A DNA stretch of 64,000 bases from Bdellovibrionota bacterium (GTDB lineage Bacteria; Bdellovibrionota; UBA1018; CAIPTA01; JAALKR01): NCBI GenBank assembly GCA_965207455.1, contig CBDBMJ010000001.1, positions 1,440,001 through 1,504,000 on the forward strand, in the 5' to 3' direction. This document shows positions 11,242 to 20,881 of the stretch, in pieces. The notes beneath the pieces are model-generated. The model worked only from the letters and a program-made list of their open reading frames with translations, had not been told where the DNA came from and did not search any database. The position numbers and the translations under genes are program-made. Positions within the stretch are counted from its first letter, which is position 1; each line of letters begins with the position of its first letter.

Positions 11242-11574
11242 ATGAGTAACGCAAAATCTGGACCATGGAACGCAGAAACAATCCGTCAATCGAGGAAAAC
11301 CCGAGGGTTGACACAAGCCGAGCTAGCAGAGGCTCTCGGTTGTCGACAACAAACAATCAGTGAATGGGAGTTGGGTATGTACGAACCCAAGAACGCTTAT
11401 CAAAAGCTGTTATCCTTATTCTTCGGATCCACACCCGTGGTGAAAGAGGAAGTTCCTGCCGCATCAAAGGGCTGGGACTCCGTAGAGACCGTAACGCAAA
11501 CGCCAGCAGAAAAAGATTCGACTTCTATCGGCATAGAAACTGAATTTAATGCTGAACGCCCAGCATCAGAATAA
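11242..11574 (+). CDS. XRE-family HTH protein with acidic low-complexity tail
   Basis: RGLTQAELAEALGCRQQTISEWELGMYEP HTH_3 pattern; GGAAGG RBS upstream. Confidence 0.85.
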   Translation: MSNAKSGPWNAETIRQSRKTRGLTQAELAEALGCRQQTISEWELGMYEPKNAYQKLLSLFFGSTPVVKEEVPAASKGWDSVETVTQTPAEKDSTSIGIETEFNAERPASE

Positions 11575-11617
11575 TAAAGTACTAGAGCTTCGCCGCGCTT
11601 TGTATTAGTTCCATAGT

Positions 11618-14344
11618 ATGGAAACAAAGCGTAGCGTGTTCTGTATTGTAGATGCCAGCTCGTTCATTTTTCGAGCGTACTATGCAATACGACAACTAAA
11701 TACGAGCAAAGGCCTCCCTACCAATGCAATCATGGGTTTTGCCAATATGGTTGTAAAGGTATTGGAGGACCTTTCTCCCAATTATCTTGCCATCGTCTAC
11801 GACACAAAATTTCCATCCTTTCGTAAGGAACTCTATCCTCTCTATAAGGCGAACCGTTCTGCTATGCCGGAAGATTTGGTGCCTCAGATACCATTCATAA
11901 AAAAATTTGTGGAATGTATGGGTCTTCCTCATTTTGAAAAAAAAGGATTCGAGGCCGACGATATTATTGCCACCCTTGTGGAGTTCAGTCAGAAAAAAAA
12001 GCAAGATCAGTTTATTTATATTGTCTCCAGCGACAAAGATCTTATGCAACTTGTGGATAATAAAACCCACCTCATGGACACCATGAAAAATAAAGTACTG
12101 GGCCCCAAGGAAGTAAAAGAAAAGATGGGCCTGCCCCCTGAAAAAATTAAGGACTACTTGGGGCTTGTGGGAGATGCGAGCGACAATATCCCTGGCGTCA
12201 AGGGTATTGGTCCCAAGTCAGCGGCCATTTTGTTGGAAAAATTCCATAATATACAGGGAATTTACGACAACCTAGAGACCTTGCCAGCCAATAAGCAGCG
12301 AGAAAATTTAAAAAATCATAGAGACAATGCCTTTCTCTCCAGAGAGTTGGCAACTCTCATCTACGATGTGGACTTGGAATATAGCTGGAAATCTCTAGAG
12401 TGTTCTCCAAGGGCAGGCACTGAGCTTATGGGTCTTTTGGAGGAGTTGGAATTGAGGGCTCTAGCGAGTCGCTTAGAGAAATGGCAGCCCAATAAAAAAT
12501 CCAATGGCTCCCAAAAAGATACAGCAAAAGATAGACCCCAATACACATGCATACAGTCCACAGGGGAACTTAAAAAGGTTTTTAAAGAATTAAAAAATAC
12601 AACAGAGATAGCATTGGATACGGAAACCACTCACCTGCACCACAAGAAGGCTCAACTCGTGGGCTTTTCTTTCTCTGCTGGAAACAATAAGGCTTGGTAT
12701 GTGCCCCTTATCCACGAAACGAAAGAAAAACAATGCCACCAAGGGGAGGCCATCAAAGAATTAAAGGGGTTTCTCCGTGGAAAGAAGCTCATTGGTCAAA
12801 ATATTAAGTTCGACAGGAACATATTGAGAAAGTATGACGTGATCATCGAGGAAAAGGATATTGCCTTTGATACGATGCTTGCCTCTTATGTGATCGATCC
12901 CAGTGCCCGACACAATATGGATTCCCTAGCCCTACGCTACCTCAACCATAAAACCATAGAATATAGCGACATCTGTGGCACAGGAAAAAAAGAAATCACC
13001 TTCGACAAGGTGGAGTTAGACAAAGCCACTGAATATGCTGCTGAAGATGCTCTCGTTACTTGGAGGCTTTATGAAAAGCTTTCTCCTCTTTTAGAAAAAG
13101 AAAAGGATTTAAAAAAAATATTCTACACTATTGAGTTGCCTCTCATACCCGTACTTGCCGATATGGAGTGGGAAGGAATTGCCGTGGACACAGGCCACTT
13201 ACAGAAACTCTCGAAACAATTCACCAAGGAGCTTGCCCAGTTGGAGGCCCATGCCCACGAATTAGCAGGAGAGGAATTTAACCTAGCTAGTTCCAAGCAG
13301 TTACAAGAAATACTCTTCACAAAACTAAAGCTCCCCTCCATAAAGAAAAACAAAACAGGATTTTCCACCAACGTGGATGTGCTTTCGAAGCTAACTCACT
13401 ACCATGAGTTACCGTCGGTTATACTGAGTTATCGAGAAATTGCTAAATTGAAGAACACATACGTGGACGTAATTCCGGGCTTGGCTGAGGAAACGGGTCG
13501 CGTGCATACAAGTTTTAATCAAACAGTCGCTGCCACAGGACGACTATCCAGTTCCAACCCCAACATGCAAAACATTCCCATACGAACAAAAATAGGCAAA
13601 GAGATACGAAAAGCGTTTGTGGCTCCTGAAGGTTCCGTTCTCTTAGGCGCGGATTATAGTCAAATTGAATTAAGAGTTTTAGCTAGCCTTAGCCAAGATT
13701 CTGTCCTTATAGAAACGTTTAAAAATGGAGAAGATATCCATTTAAATACTGCTGCTAAAATTTTCCAAGTAAGCCTTAAAAAAGTAACGGAAGATCAACG
13801 AAGAAAAGCCAAGGCCATTAATTTTGGTATTCTCTACGGCAAAACCGCCTTTAGCCTAGCCGAAGAATTGGGCACCACCCGAGCTGAGGCCACTGAAATT
13901 ATTGAAGACTATTTTGAGCAATACCCCACTGTGGAAAAATTTTTAGCAAGTCTGGTAAAAAATGCTCAAACCAAGGGCTATTCCCAAACCCTATATGGAC
14001 GAAAAAGAACGATTCAGGGAATTGAGTCCAAAAATAAAATGGTGCAAAACATGGCTAACCGTATGGCTGTCAATACTCCCATACAAGGCACTGCCGCTGA
14101 TCTAATCAAAGTTGCCATGACAAAACTCGCAAATATCTTAAAATCCAAAAAATATAAAGCTCGACTCATCCTCCAAGTGCACGACGAGCTAGTACTGGAA
14201 GTGCCCAAAAACGAAATAGAAGAAATAACCAAGCTAGTACAGAATCAAATGGAAATGGTGGGCACGCTCCCCTCCTTCCCAAAAGTCCAAGTGCCCCTAA
14301 CGGTAAGTATAGGCACAGGAAAAAACTGGCTTGAGCTAAAATAG
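11618..14344 (+). CDS. polA: DNA polymerase I
   Basis: 5'-3' exonuclease (GDASDNIPGV), 3'-5' exonuclease (DTETT, YAAEDA) and polymerase motifs (DYSQIELR, KAINFGILYG, QVHDELV). Confidence 0.98.
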   Translation: METKRSVFCIVDASSFIFRAYYAIRQLNTSKGLPTNAIMGFANMVVKVLEDLSPNYLAIVYDTKFPSFRKELYPLYKANRSAMPEDLVPQIPFIKKFVECMGLPHFEKKGFEADDIIATLVEFSQKKKQDQFIYIVSSDKDLMQLVDNKTHLMDTMKNKVLGPKEVKEKMGLPPEKIKDYLGLVGDASDNIPGVKGIGPKSAAILLEKFHNIQGIYDNLETLPANKQRENLKNHRDNAFLSRELATLIYDVDLEYSWKSLECSPRAGTELMGLLEELELRALASRLEKWQPNKKSNGSQKDTAKDRPQYTCIQSTGELKKVFKELKNTTEIALDTETTHLHHKKAQLVGFSFSAGNNKAWYVPLIHETKEKQCHQGEAIKELKGFLRGKKLIGQNIKFDRNILRKYDVIIEEKDIAFDTMLASYVIDPSARHNMDSLALRYLNHKTIEYSDICGTGKKEITFDKVELDKATEYAAEDALVTWRLYEKLSPLLEKEKDLKKIFYTIELPLIPVLADMEWEGIAVDTGHLQKLSKQFTKELAQLEAHAHELAGEEFNLASSKQLQEILFTKLKLPSIKKNKTGFSTNVDVLSKLTHYHELPSVILSYREIAKLKNTYVDVIPGLAEETGRVHTSFNQTVAATGRLSSSNPNMQNIPIRTKIGKEIRKAFVAPEGSVLLGADYSQIELRVLASLSQDSVLIETFKNGEDIHLNTAAKIFQVSLKKVTEDQRRKAKAINFGILYGKTAFSLAEELGTTRAEATEIIEDYFEQYPTVEKFLASLVKNAQTKGYSQTLYGRKRTIQGIESKNKMVQNMANRMAVNTPIQGTAADLIKVAMTKLANILKSKKYKARLILQVHDELVLEVPKNEIEEITKLVQNQMEMVGTLPSFPKVQVPLTVSIGTGKNWLELK

Positions 14345-14418
14345 CCCTTTCACTTTCCCACCTTATCCTTTACTATAAACCGTGAAGGGATACACATTAT
14401 GAAGGGCGAATCTATACT

Positions 14419-14889
14419 ATGAAAGGCGAAGCTAGAGTAATTGCAGTTCTCAATGAAATTCTCACGGGTGAACTCACCGCTATTAGTCAATACTTTCTCC
14501 ACGCACGAATGTGCAAAGATTGGGGCTACTCGCAAATAGCAAAAAAAGTATACGAAGAGTCCATTGATGAAATGAGGCACGCCCAATCTCTTATCGATCG
14601 CATTCTATTCTTAGAGGGACTCCCTAACATACAAAACCTTGGATCTATAAGTATAGGAGAAACTGTGCACAAGCAGTTGAAAGCTGACCTTGCCCTAGAA
14701 ATGGACGCCATCCCCAAGCTTCGTAAAGGAATAGAGTTGTGCTACGACGCAAAAGACCATGTTTCCCGAAAGCTATTGGAAAAAATACTTTCTGACGAAG
14801 AAACTCACACGGATTGGATCGAATCTCAACTCCATATGATCAAAGAAATTAGCATAGAAAATTACCTCGCAGAACAAATGAAAGAGTAA
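14419..14889 (+). CDS. bfr: bacterioferritin
   Basis: ELTAISQYFLHARM, ESIDEMRHA and DEETHTDW ferroxidase/heme motifs. Confidence 0.96.
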   Translation: MKGEARVIAVLNEILTGELTAISQYFLHARMCKDWGYSQIAKKVYEESIDEMRHAQSLIDRILFLEGLPNIQNLGSISIGETVHKQLKADLALEMDAIPKLRKGIELCYDAKDHVSRKLLEKILSDEETHTDWIESQLHMIKEISIENYLAEQMKE

Positions 14890-14902
14890 AAATAGGGTCT
14901 TG

Positions 14903-16345
14903 TTATAACGAAACAAAAGGAATAGCATTTCCTATCTTGCCTTCCTCATCTCCATAATTTATTGTATTGCCCAAACCCAATTGACCGCTAGAATTATTAC
15001 CCCAACACTTCACCCTTCTATTGCTAAAAGAAGCACAGGTATGCCCGGAACCATTATTACCTCCAGAACTAATAGACCTTATTGCATAGAGAACACCACC
15101 TGATCCCAGCAAACGAGCATATGGAAGATTGTCAGCCATTTCATTAGCATCATCACCACGAGAATTCGTATCTCCCAGCCCCAATTCTCCATTACCGTTG
15201 TCGCCCCAACACTTAACAAGGTCGCTATAAGAAACTGCACAGACGTGCCGAAATCCTAAACTTAATTCCTTTGTAAGAAGCAAACCTGATGATCCTTCGA
15301 GTCCTAAGTGAACAAATCGAAGGTAATTTCCCATTTCATTGACTCCGTCACCACGGGAATCCACATCTCCCTGCCCTAGCTGCCCATAATAATTGATACC
15401 CCAACACTTCACTCCTCCGACCTCAATCAATGCACAAGTAAAACTGGAACCAGAAAAAATACCTGCTACCTTAAACTTTGTGCCAGAAGCATTAGTTCCT
15501 AGACTAATAAAATCAAGGTTATCTCCCATTTCATTGGATCCATCGCCACGAGAATCCGTATCTCCTTGCCCCAGTTGCCCATAATTGTTGGACCCCCAGC
15601 ATTTTGCTTTTCCATTCTCAAACAATGCGCAGGTATGGTAAGATCCGGCAGAAATTGCTGTAGCAATAAGCGGCTGTTCATTTTCCATACCTAAGTCAAC
15701 AGAGGGAAGGTTGTTTCCCATTTCATTGTCTCCGTCGCCACGAGGATCCAAATCTCCCAGCCCCAACTGACCAAATCGATTATATCCCCAGCACTTCACT
15801 CTTCCATTCTCTGATAATGCGCAGACATGACTCCCTCCCACAGAAACTGCTTTAGGAATAAACGGCAATCCAGTTTCCGTACCATCTTCCGTACCTAAAT
15901 CAACAGAGGGAAGATTACTTCCCATTTCATTGGCTTCATCGCCACGAGAGCTCATATCTCCCAACCCAAGTTGTCCGTAAGTATTGTCCCCCCAGCACTT
16001 GATCTCCCCCAATTCTAAAAGAACACAAACGATTCCTCCAACAGAAATTGCCTTTACTGTGCTAGATCCAAGGTCAATAAATTGGAGATTATTTCCCATT
16101 TCATTGGCCGAAGCACCACGAGGATTCGTATCTCCCTGGCCCAGTCGTCCATCTCCATTTATTCCCCAGCACTTCACTTTTCCATTCTCAAACAATGCAC
16201 AAGAATACCCCGGACCAGCAGCTACTTCTTCAATAAGCATGTGAAAAGATTTTCCGGTATCAGTCTTGCCGCTACAATTAATCAGCAATATTAGCGATAC
16301 AATAAAAATTGATAAAAGCGTAGACTTTGTTAATAATTTATTCAT
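14903..16345 (-). CDS. RCC1-repeat beta-propeller lipoprotein
   Basis: Lipoprotein-type signal (LLINC); seven KCWG.N..G.LG.G[DN] repeats, most followed by RGD..NEMG.NL. Confidence 0.88.
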   Translation of the reverse strand: MNKLLTKSTLLSIFIVSLILLINCSGKTDTGKSFHMLIEEVAAGPGYSCALFENGKVKCWGINGDGRLGQGDTNPRGASANEMGNNLQFIDLGSSTVKAISVGGIVCVLLELGEIKCWGDNTYGQLGLGDMSSRGDEANEMGSNLPSVDLGTEDGTETGLPFIPKAVSVGGSHVCALSENGRVKCWGYNRFGQLGLGDLDPRGDGDNEMGNNLPSVDLGMENEQPLIATAISAGSYHTCALFENGKAKCWGSNNYGQLGQGDTDSRGDGSNEMGDNLDFISLGTNASGTKFKVAGIFSGSSFTCALIEVGGVKCWGINYYGQLGQGDVDSRGDGVNEMGNYLRFVHLGLEGSSGLLLTKELSLGFRHVCAVSYSDLVKCWGDNGNGELGLGDTNSRGDDANEMADNLPYARLLGSGGVLYAIRSISSGGNNGSGHTCASFSNRRVKCWGNNSSGQLGLGNTINYGDEEGKIGNAIPFVSL

Positions 16346-16389
16346 AAAATTTCTTCCCTTAACTCTTTGAACTGATTCAAAAATTATAA

Positions 16390-17349
16390 CTATTTCAAAT
16401 AGGAATCAGTCCTACAGTTTTTACTAAAAATAGATGGCACACCTTCAGAACAAGTCAAAGTAAGATTTCCTGGTGTACCAGTAAAAATGCTCGATGAACT
16501 TGTCACTTGATTTATATCCCAACCAGTTACATTAAGATCAGTTAAGGCAGAAGCACCATTAAACATAGAGCTCATATATTCAACTTTAGAAGTATTAAAA
16601 TAAGATAAATCAAGCGACGTCAAACCAGAGGCACCATAAAACATAAAGCTCATGCTTGTTATTTTAGAAGTATCAAAACTAGATAAATCAAGCGACGTCA
16701 AGCCAAAAGTACCATAAAACATAAGGCTCATATTGATAACGTTAGAAGTATTAAAGCTAGATAAATCAAGCGACGTCAAACCAGAGGCATCACGAAACAT
16801 TCCAGTCATAGTTGTTATTTTAGAAGTATCAAAACCAGAAAATTCAATTTCTTCCAGACTAATTGTCGAATTAAACATGTTCTGCGCTTCTGTCACTTCC
16901 GACGTGTCTGTATCGCCTGCAACAAAGCGAATTAAATTTGAGCAACCCTGAAAAGCACTTTGCAAGCTTTTCCAACCTAGCCTACCTAAGCTCTGAACCT
17001 CTATTAGTTTATCTTTATCCCCTCCATTATAAAAAGACCATGCTGGCAAAGTTCCAGAAATTTTAATGGTGTAGTCTCCAGACTCAGCATAGGTATGAGT
17101 AATATTATGGGTTGTTACTGCTTCTGATGAGCCGTCTCCCCAGTTCACAGTAAAATTATATGTAGAGTTAGAAACTAGTGGAAGAGTCACATTTCGGTTT
17201 CCATTCCCAAATCCAATCGTACCTACTCGCCAAACTGATATAAAACTACTAGGGGTGCTTGACTCTTCGTCGCTACAGCTAATAAAGAAAGGGATGCTTA
17301 AAGAAATAAAAAGTAATAAAAACGCACGACTTAACAATAATTGTTTCAT
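16390..17349 (-). CDS. BspA/DUF285 (PARCEL-type) repeat surface lipoprotein with N-terminal PKD-like domain
   Basis: Lipobox FFISC; VNWGDG..THTY PKD motif; 26-aa F[DN]TS.....M..MF....LTSLDLS repeats, visible in DNA as 78-bp repeats at 16603/16681/16759; start placed at ATG 17349 after GGAGGGG. Confidence 0.88.
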   Translation of the reverse strand: MKQLLLSRAFLLLFISLSIPFFISCSDEESSTPSSFISVWRVGTIGFGNGNRNVTLPLVSNSTYNFTVNWGDGSSEAVTTHNITHTYAESGDYTIKISGTLPAWSFYNGGDKDKLIEVQSLGRLGWKSLQSAFQGCSNLIRFVAGDTDTSEVTEAQNMFNSTISLEEIEFSGFDTSKITTMTGMFRDASGLTSLDLSSFNTSNVINMSLMFYGTFGLTSLDLSSFDTSKITSMSFMFYGASGLTSLDLSYFNTSKVEYMSSMFNGASALTDLNVTGWDINQVTSSSSIFTGTPGNLTLTCSEGVPSIFSKNCRTDSYLK

Positions 17350-17581
17350 ATCCCCTCCATGGAGAAAGCCCAAACAATTAATCTTTGAACTAATTAACAC
17401 ACTCGAATTAAAATAATAACAGTAAAGGGCGACTTAGATCAACAGTGCTAGGGAAAAAAAACAAACTAACGCATCACAATAATTCTAAAAGTTCTTCAAC
17501 ACGCATTAAATACACGATTACTCTTGATATTTTTACTTCAATTGTGTTGACTAGAGACCACATACAAGCCTGGTTTTTTTA

Positions 17582-17671
17582 GGAGAGATGCTAGAGTGGC
17601 CGATTAGGCACGCTTGGAAAGCGTGTAGACGGGCAACCGTCTCGAGGGTTCGAATCCCTCTCTCTCCGCCA
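17582..17671 (+). tRNA. tRNA-Ser(GGA)
   Basis: GGAGAGA/TCTCTCC acceptor stem, CACGC-TTGGAAA-GCGTG anticodon arm, long variable arm, GAGGG-TTCGAAT-CCCTC T arm, encoded CCA. Confidence 0.97.
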
Positions 17672-18350
17672 AAAACTAACGCTTCGTATCTAAAGGTGAG
17701 TATTCTCCAACAAATGCGATAGCAAGCAGGGATTCGAACACGGAGCAATGACCCGCGCTGGTTCCGAGTGAGCGAGGAACTAGTGAGGGGAAAAAAATCC
17801 TGGAAGATTTTTTAAATTGCGTAGGAGAGCCTACGCAGGGAAATCCCCTGGAAGGGATTTCGTGTAGTAGGTCGAGCCCTCTCTCTCCGCCAAAAACTAA
17901 CGCTTCGTATCTAAAGGTGAGTATTCTCCAACAAATGCGACAGCAAGCAGGGATTCGAACACGGAGCAATGACCCGCGCTGGTTCCGAGTGAGCGAGGAA
18001 TTAGTGAGGGGAAAAAAATCATTGAGGATTTTTTGAATTGCGTAGGGGAGCCTACGCAGGGAAATCCCTTGGAGGGGATTTCGTGTAGTAGGTCGAGCCC
18101 TCTCTCTCCGCCAAAAACTAACGCTTCGTATCTAAAGGTGAGTATTCTCCAACAAATGCGATAGCAAGCAGGGATTCGAACACGGAGCAATGACCCGCGC
18201 TGGTTCCGAGTGAGCGAGGGAACTAGTGAGGGGGAAAAAAATCATTGAGTCCTCTCTCTCCGCCATTTTTTGAATTGCGTAGGGGAGCCTACGCAGGGAA
18301 ATCCCTTGGAGGGGATTTCGTATAGTAGGTCGAGTCCTCTCTCTCCGCCA
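17672..18350 (+). repeat. tRNA-linked tandem repeat array: three near-identical units (221, 221, 237 bp), each ending in a copy of the tRNA-Ser 3' end
   Basis: Units 17672-17892, 17893-18113 and 18114-18350 all end in CCTCTCTCTCCGCCA; an extra tRNA 3'-end copy ends at 18265. Confidence 0.95.
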
Positions 18351-18489
18351 AAACAAGGTGCGTCGCTTTTAAAAAGAAATATAATCAAATAAACACAACA
18401 AAACCGGGAGGTTCGGAAAATTAAGTCAAATAGAATATATTTTTGTATTCTAAGCTGAAAACAGCTTACATCAGGGCAAATCAGGGCCT

Positions 18490-19422
18490 TTGATTATTTT
18501 GTATCTTTTCCCTGATCATTCAAAGCAAAATCATACGACTGGAATAGTCAGACGTTTCTTGGGTGTTATTGAATCCATCCCCGTCAATCGTGATGTTGAA
18601 GGCATTGTCGAAATGATACTAGATGCTCGACAAGAGTGTTCCAAGCCACTGACGAAAAATCGACTATTTGCTTGGCATGCAGCACTCTTTCCAACAGGTT
18701 ATTCCAACATGCGCCGCATTTCTGCTGGCTGTTGGCGCACAATTGATGCTGGACCGGTGCAGGTTGTTTCAGGATCCATAGGTCGAGAGAAGCTACACTT
18801 TGAAGCACCAAGTGCCGAGAGGCTGGAAGCAGAAATGGCCATCTTCTTGACCTGGTTTAATAAACAAAATGATATTGATCCTGTTCTCAAAACAGGCATT
18901 GCCCATCTTTGGTTTGTAACTGTTCATCCCTTTGAAGATGGTAATGGTCGCATTGCTCGAGCGATTAGCCACATGGCACTGGCACGATCGGATGGAACAT
19001 CTGATCAATTTTACAGCCTATCCAGTCAGATTGAGTCGGAACGTAAAAACTACTACAAGCAGTTAGAAAGAACCCAGCGTAGCACACCAGAAATCACAGG
19101 CTGGTTGGAATGGTTTTTGGACTACCTCGGACGAACCATATCTAGTGCCGAGAAAACACTGGGCAAGGTTCTATTCAAAGCCCAACTTTGGGAGAAGATG
19201 AATCAAACCCCCGTCAACAAAAGGCAGCGCTTTATCATCAACCGCATGTTGGAAGATGATTTTAAAGGCTATATGAACACATCCAAATATGCCAAGCTGA
19301 CCAAGTGCTCAAGCGACACAGCTTTGCGAGATATTCAGGAATTAAAGATGCATGGTACTTTCATTCAAAATCTCACTGGAGGGCGCAGCACCAGTTACCG
19401 GCTGACTGACAAGGTAACGTAA
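18490..19422 (+). CDS. Fic family protein (DUF4172-type), probably 5'-truncated
   Basis: Intact HPFEDGNGRIAR Fic motif and C-terminal winged HTH (SSDTALRDI..GGRSTSY); recognisable homology begins only around VEGIVEMILDA; weak TTG start. Confidence 0.8.
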   Translation: MIILYLFPDHSKQNHTTGIVRRFLGVIESIPVNRDVEGIVEMILDARQECSKPLTKNRLFAWHAALFPTGYSNMRRISAGCWRTIDAGPVQVVSGSIGREKLHFEAPSAERLEAEMAIFLTWFNKQNDIDPVLKTGIAHLWFVTVHPFEDGNGRIARAISHMALARSDGTSDQFYSLSSQIESERKNYYKQLERTQRSTPEITGWLEWFLDYLGRTISSAEKTLGKVLFKAQLWEKMNQTPVNKRQRFIINRMLEDDFKGYMNTSKYAKLTKCSSDTALRDIQELKMHGTFIQNLTGGRSTSYRLTDKVT

Positions 19423-19498
19423 TCACTGCTCTTAAAGCTATTTCGGTGACGTTTTTTGTGAGTTAACTCGCAATTCGTAAGGAAAATCAAAGAAATAC

Positions 19499-19527
19499 TT
19501 GACAATTTAAATAATTCAAGGCACAAT
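19499..19527 (+). promoter_or_regulatory. sigma70-type promoter of the hexapeptide-repeat gene array
   Basis: TTGACA-17bp-CACAAT. Confidence 0.55.
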
Positions 19528-19592
19528 ACGATGCCTGATGAATTTTATGCGCAATGCGTCTTTATAGTGAAAACCAAGCAAGGGAGAGAAAA

Positions 19593-20042
19593 ATGAAGAA
19601 GATAAAGGTATTATTAATAATTGCTCTTACGGCTCTTTTTACATGTGGTTTTGCACTAAAACCCACAGGTGAAGACACTGGCTGCGGTCCTGGTGTGGAA
19701 ACAAAACCTCATCCCAATGGTGGTGGTGCAGTGGCAGTAACAGCTACTGTCCATGAAACTGCATATGTGGGGCAAAACGCTAAAGTTTGCGACAGTGCGG
19801 AGGTTTCTGGCAATGCAAAGATTTCTGGCTATGCGAAGGTTTCTGGCAATGCAAAGATTTCTGGCAATGCGCAGGTTTCTGACTATGCGCAGGTTTATGA
19901 CCATGCGTGGGTTTTTGGCAGCGCAAAAGTTTTTGGCGATGCGAGAGTTTTTGGCAGAGCGAAAGTTTTTAGCGCTGCGAGAATTTTTGGCAGTGCGAGA
20001 ATTTTTGGCTTTAAAGAGATATCAAGTGGCAGATATGAGTAG
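19593..20042 (+). CDS. secreted left-handed beta-helix hexapeptide-repeat protein, copy 1
   Basis: Signal peptide MKKIKVLLII, HPNGGGAVAVTATV cap, A[KRQ][VI]xG[ND] hexapeptides; ATG after GGGAGAG. Confidence 0.85.
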   Translation: MKKIKVLLIIALTALFTCGFALKPTGEDTGCGPGVETKPHPNGGGAVAVTATVHETAYVGQNAKVCDSAEVSGNAKISGYAKVSGNAKISGNAQVSDYAQVYDHAWVFGSAKVFGDARVFGRAKVFSAARIFGSARIFGFKEISSGRYE

Positions 20043-20112
20043 AAAAAGATTTGCCTAGATTCAACTGGTTAACTTGATGCAGTAAAATTAAACAAAAACA
20101 AAGGAGAAAAAA

Positions 20113-20811
20113 ATGAAGAAGATAAAGGTATTATTAATAGTTGCTCTTGCAGCTCTTTTCACAAGTGGTTTTGTAAAACCCACAGGTGAAGACACCGGCT
20201 GTGGTCTTGGTGTGAAAACAAAACCTCATCCCAATGGTGGTGGCGCAGTGGCAGTAACAGCTACTGTCGCAAAAACCGCATATGTGGGGCAAAACGCTAA
20301 AGTTTGTGACAGTGCGAGGGTTTCTGGCGGTGCGCAGGTTTATGGCAATGCAAAGGTTTTTGACAATGCGAAGGTTCATGGAAGAGCGCAGGTTTATGGC
20401 AATGCGAAGGTTCATAGAAGAGCGAGGGTTTTTGACGATGCGGAAGTTTCTGGCAATGCAAAGATTTCTGGCAATGCGCAGGTTTCTGGCTATGCGAAGG
20501 TTTCTGACAATGCGAAGGTTCATGGAAGAGCGAGGGTTTCTGACAATGCGAAGGTTCATGGAAGAGCGAGGGTTTCTGGCGGTGCGAAGGTTTCTGGCTA
20601 TGCGAAGATTTCTGGCAATGCGCAGGTTTCTGACTATGCGCAGGTTTATGACCATGCGTGGGTTTTTGGCAGCGCAAAAGTTTTTGGCGATGCGAGAGTT
20701 TTTGGCTATGCGAAAGTTTTTGGCGATGCGAGAGTTTTTGGCAGAGCGAAAGTTTTTAGCGCTGCGAGAATTTTTGGCTTTAAAGAGATATCAAGTGGCA
20801 GATATGAGTAG
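20113..20811 (+). CDS. secreted hexapeptide-repeat protein, copy 2
   Basis: Paralog of copy 1 with an expanded repeat tract; AGGAG RBS. Confidence 0.88.
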   Translation: MKKIKVLLIVALAALFTSGFVKPTGEDTGCGLGVKTKPHPNGGGAVAVTATVAKTAYVGQNAKVCDSARVSGGAQVYGNAKVFDNAKVHGRAQVYGNAKVHRRARVFDDAEVSGNAKISGNAQVSGYAKVSDNAKVHGRARVSDNAKVHGRARVSGGAKVSGYAKISGNAQVSDYAQVYDHAWVFGSAKVFGDARVFGYAKVFGDARVFGRAKVFSAARIFGFKEISSGRYE

Positions 20812-20881
20812 AAAAAGATTTGCCTAGATTCAACTGGTTAACTTGATGCAGTAAAATTAAACAAAAACAAAGGAGAAAAAA

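Noticed and set aside
17657..18350. Possible CRISPR array
   Set aside because: The intervening sequences are 70-205 bp and near-identical to each other, the repeat is a tRNA 3' end, and there are no cas genes
17551..18356. Minus-strand ORFs (MLRVRIPAC...) repeated several times
   Set aside because: They are translations of the tRNA antisense strand and the tandem repeats; no RBS or protein-like features
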